Positions 60,457 through 64,000 of a stretch of 64,000 bases of DNA are shown here, piece by piece. Source of the stretch: Blastocystis sp. Blastoise (taxonomy: Eukaryota; Protista; Bigyra: Opalinata); NCBI GenBank assembly GCA_039096225.1, contig JBBPEB010000003.1, forward strand, positions 806,001 through 870,000. The letters run 5' to 3'. The translations under genes were made by a program, and so were the position numbers. The notes below the pieces were generated by a model. The model had not been told where the DNA came from, ran no database searches, and worked only from the letters and a program-made list of their open reading frames with translations. Numbering within the stretch: position 1 is the first letter of the stretch; each line of letters starts with the position of its first letter.

Positions 60457-61324
60457 TATTTTGAAAAAGAATAATTTAAAGAAATGAAATGGTTGAAAAT
60501 CGAAAATAAATTCATGTTTATATATATAAGAAATAAATTACGAAGGAGAAAAAAAGCAAAAGAATATAAAATTTTAAAAAAAGTATATATATGTATAAAT
60601 ATATATAGAATTTAAAAAAAAAATCTTTGATATAAAAAAAATTGAATTATTTTTATAGAAATACAAAATAAACCTTTATAGAATTTATATATAGTATCAA
60701 TAAAATTATATAATAATAACTATTAATATATGGCAGACTTAGCTAATATAAATATATAATAAAACTAGTTATATATATAATGAATATTGTTTATCTAAAG
60801 TTATAATAAGTATATATATATATTCTGTAGATAAATAAGAAAAAATTAAATATATATGATTATTATTATATATATATATATATATATATACTAAAGTGAA
60901 AAAAAACAAATAAGATGTTTTTAATAAATAATATGATTGTTATTTTTATTATTACAATAAAATGAAATAATAAACAGAGTAAAATTATTTATAAAAATAA
61001 ATAGAAAAAGTATAATATTTTTTAAATATCAAAGAACTATATAAATAGTTGAAAAATATATAAAAATATATAAGTATATGTATATTAATAGAGAGATAAT
61101 GTTAATTAAAAAGAGAGAATAATAAAAATGATATAGTAATCATAGATATAAATTGATTATATATATATGTATATAAAGAAATAATTCTGATCAATTATAT
61201 TGAAGCATAAAAAGATATATATATATATATAGTCTATAAATGTTAAAAAAGAATATATAATTCTTATTAATATATATACCCATAATAATAATAGAAGAGA
61301 ATATAATTACGGTATATCTATATA

Positions 61325-62584
61325 TTAATGATGAACACGAGAGGGATAAGCAATTGGCGGGGGAATCACGGAATTGGCGGGAAGACACGAAATAGGAATT
61401 GATGAATATGTAATATTAGTATTAGTAGTATTATTAGTATTATTAGTAGTAGTATTATTAGTAGTATTATTAGTAGTAGTATTAGTAGTAGTATTAGTAA
61501 TAGAAGAAGTAGAAGAAGAAGTTGTATCCTCCCTACTATTAATATCATTACAATCAATATTCTTAATAGTATTCATTTGATTAGAATGTGTACTTGAAGT
61601 AATATCTTTCTTTTGTACATATAATTTGTTACTATCTCCTTTTTTATTGATTACTGATTCTTTCTGATAATTTATATTCATATCTTTCTTCTTATCTATT
61701 TTATACTCTATATTATTATTAGTAGTAGTAGTATTAGTTATATTTGTAGAGCTATCAATTTCTTTATATCTATCTATAGAATTAGGTATGTTAGCATTCA
61801 TTGTTATATTCTGTAAAGAGGATATAGTATGAATAGAAGAATTAATAGGAGGAATAGTACTAATAGGAGGAATAGGAGGAGGAATAGTACTAATAGGAGG
61901 AATAGGAGGAGAAATAGTAGAATTATTTTGAATAGTACTAATAGGAGGAGAATTAGTACCAATCGGAGGAATAGGAGGAGCAATAGTAGAATTAATAGTA
62001 GAATTATTATGAATAGGAGGATTAATAGTAGAATTAGTACGAATAGGAGGAGAAATAGTAGAATTATTATGAATAGGAGGAGAATTAGTAGAATTATTAT
62101 AAATAGGAGGAGAATTAGTAGAATTATTATGAATAGGAGGAGAATTAGTAGAATTATTATGAATAGAAGGAGAATTAGTAGAATTATTATGAATAGGAGG
62201 AGAATTAGTAGAATTATTATGAATAGGAGGAGAATTAGTAGAATTAGTACCAATGGGAGGAGCAATAGGAGGAATAGAGGAGGAAGGTGACATTATATTC
62301 TTATATACTAAAGGAGTACTAGCAGATGGAGTTCCTTCATGAATAATCTACATATATATATATATATATTAATAATATATATACATATATATACATTGTC
62401 TTTTACTGTTGAACCTGATGGAGTAATCTCTATATAAATATCAAATAAAATTAAAATATTTATATAAATATATTATTTAAAAAATAATAAAATAAACTAT
62501 ATATATATTTACGATTCGTATTTCTATTCGAATTCATAATAATATTATTGTTTGTATTTGGCATATAATTCTTTATATCTTTTA

Positions 62585-62633
<49 letters not shown>

Positions 62634-64000
62634 TATATATGTTGTTTTCATATCATAAGAAGGAATAGAAGATATATAAGAAGAAGGAATATAAGATATA
62701 TAAGAAGAAGGAATATAAGAAGAAGGAGAAGTGAGATTAGATTGTATATACATAGTATTATAAGGTGTGGTTTGAGTCATTGAAGGAATTGAAATAAATC
62801 TCATTGAGGGTTGTATATTATTTATAGATCTAGTTGAGGGATTGTACGAAACAGTAGATGGTGTATACAGAACACGTGGATAATTGTACGAAGATATATT
62901 ATTTGGATTTGCTATTAAGAATGATTGGAGAGATCCTTTAGGATTTGTATCTATTGATTTTGATGCTGTTTCCCCTAGTGTTAATGTAGTATCTATTGAT
63001 TTTGACGTACTGTCACTTGATTTTGAGATATTCTCTATTGTTTGTTCAGAATGATGTTTATGTTGTTTAACTTGATGTTTTATACTCTTATTCTTATTAT
63101 TCTTATCATTATTCTTTTTACTATAATAAATATCTTTAATTTCTTTACTGATTATAGTATTATATCGAATAGGTGGCAATTTAATGGAATGTACATATTT
63201 TGGAAGAGGAGATAGAGCTTCTTTTGTAAAGGATTGATATTTTTTGGTAGAAGATTCAACTCTTTTAGTAGCGGATAGAACTCTTTTAGTAGCAGATAGA
63301 ACTGTTTTACTAGGGCATTCAACCTTTTTAGTAGGGGATAGAACTTTTTTGGTAGGGCATTCAACTTTTTTGTTAAAGCATTCAACCTTTTTAGTAGGGC
63401 ATTCAACCTTTTTGGTAGGGCATTCAACTTTTTTGGTAGGGGATAGAATAGGAGGTAATGGTGGAGGAGACGGTGAATGCATGTCTGAAATTGACTGAGT
63501 TCGTCTGGAATCACTAGTATGGAAGAAATTGATTTGTGGTGGAAGGCGAGGAGATAAAGAATAATTATTATTATAATTATTATTATTATAATTATTATTA
63601 TTATAATTATTATTATTATAATTATTATTATTATTATAACTAGTAGGAGAAGAAAAATGATTTGAATGATTGAAAACATAAGGACTAGAAAAATGTGATG
63701 AATCTAAAGATTGTACGGATTGTACGGATGGTACAGACATGGGGGATTGTGAAGCAGAAGAAGACATATCTATTGAAGATGATTCTATATATATATATAT
63801 TTAGAATAATTATAGAATAGAATTATATATATATATTTACGGTTTGTGGAAAAGAATTCGGTAATCCGTTTTTCTAAATATATATATAAATAAATATATA
63901 TATATATAAATACATAATAAATAAATAAATTTAATTATATATATAAATAATAAATTATATATATAAATAATAAATTATATATATAGATACCTTTATAGGG
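61325..64000 (-). CDS. Hypothetical Ser/Pro/Asn-rich low-complexity protein, 3' part (5' end outside window)
   Basis: Large open exons at about 62510-63786 and 61325-62348, linked by small exons. Coding repeats PTKKVEC (21 nt) and NSTNSPPIHN (30 nt). No family recognised. Confidence 0.6.

Overview
This is a very AT-rich, intron-dense eukaryotic nuclear region, not bacterial DNA. Most short ORFs in the track are artefacts of introns and microsatellites. The gene content (a BTB-TLDc protein and a He_PIG/discoidin-type surface protein family) suggests a Blastocystis-related stramenopile; this is inference only. By manual splicing I find SEC3/EXOC1 (3' part), SEC12, a BTB-like/Pro-repeat/TLDc protein, a >2,000-aa modular surface protein, a decayed HEAT-repeat (UTP20-like) pseudogene and a truncated surface-protein 5' fragment. 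It also contains a 140-bp hAT-type MITE, BRF1, a HIBCH-family gene, a ~5,000-aa Asn-rich membrane protein, a small hypothetical gene, a rifampin-phosphotransferase (RPH)-like gene, PPME1, GSK3, TPT1 and a partial low-complexity gene. The most notable points are: (1) a full-length bacterial-type RPH-architecture enzyme (~924 aa) carrying six introns, one lacking a canonical donor; (2) two AT-AC minor-spliceosome (U12-type) introns plus two GC-AG introns; (3) a clean hAT MITE, plus a second TIR-like end truncating a surface-protein paralog; (4) a recurring GC-rich TCCCG(C/T)GG(G)A-like motif inside exons that runs against the codon bias. All exon models were made by eye and need RNA-seq confirmation.
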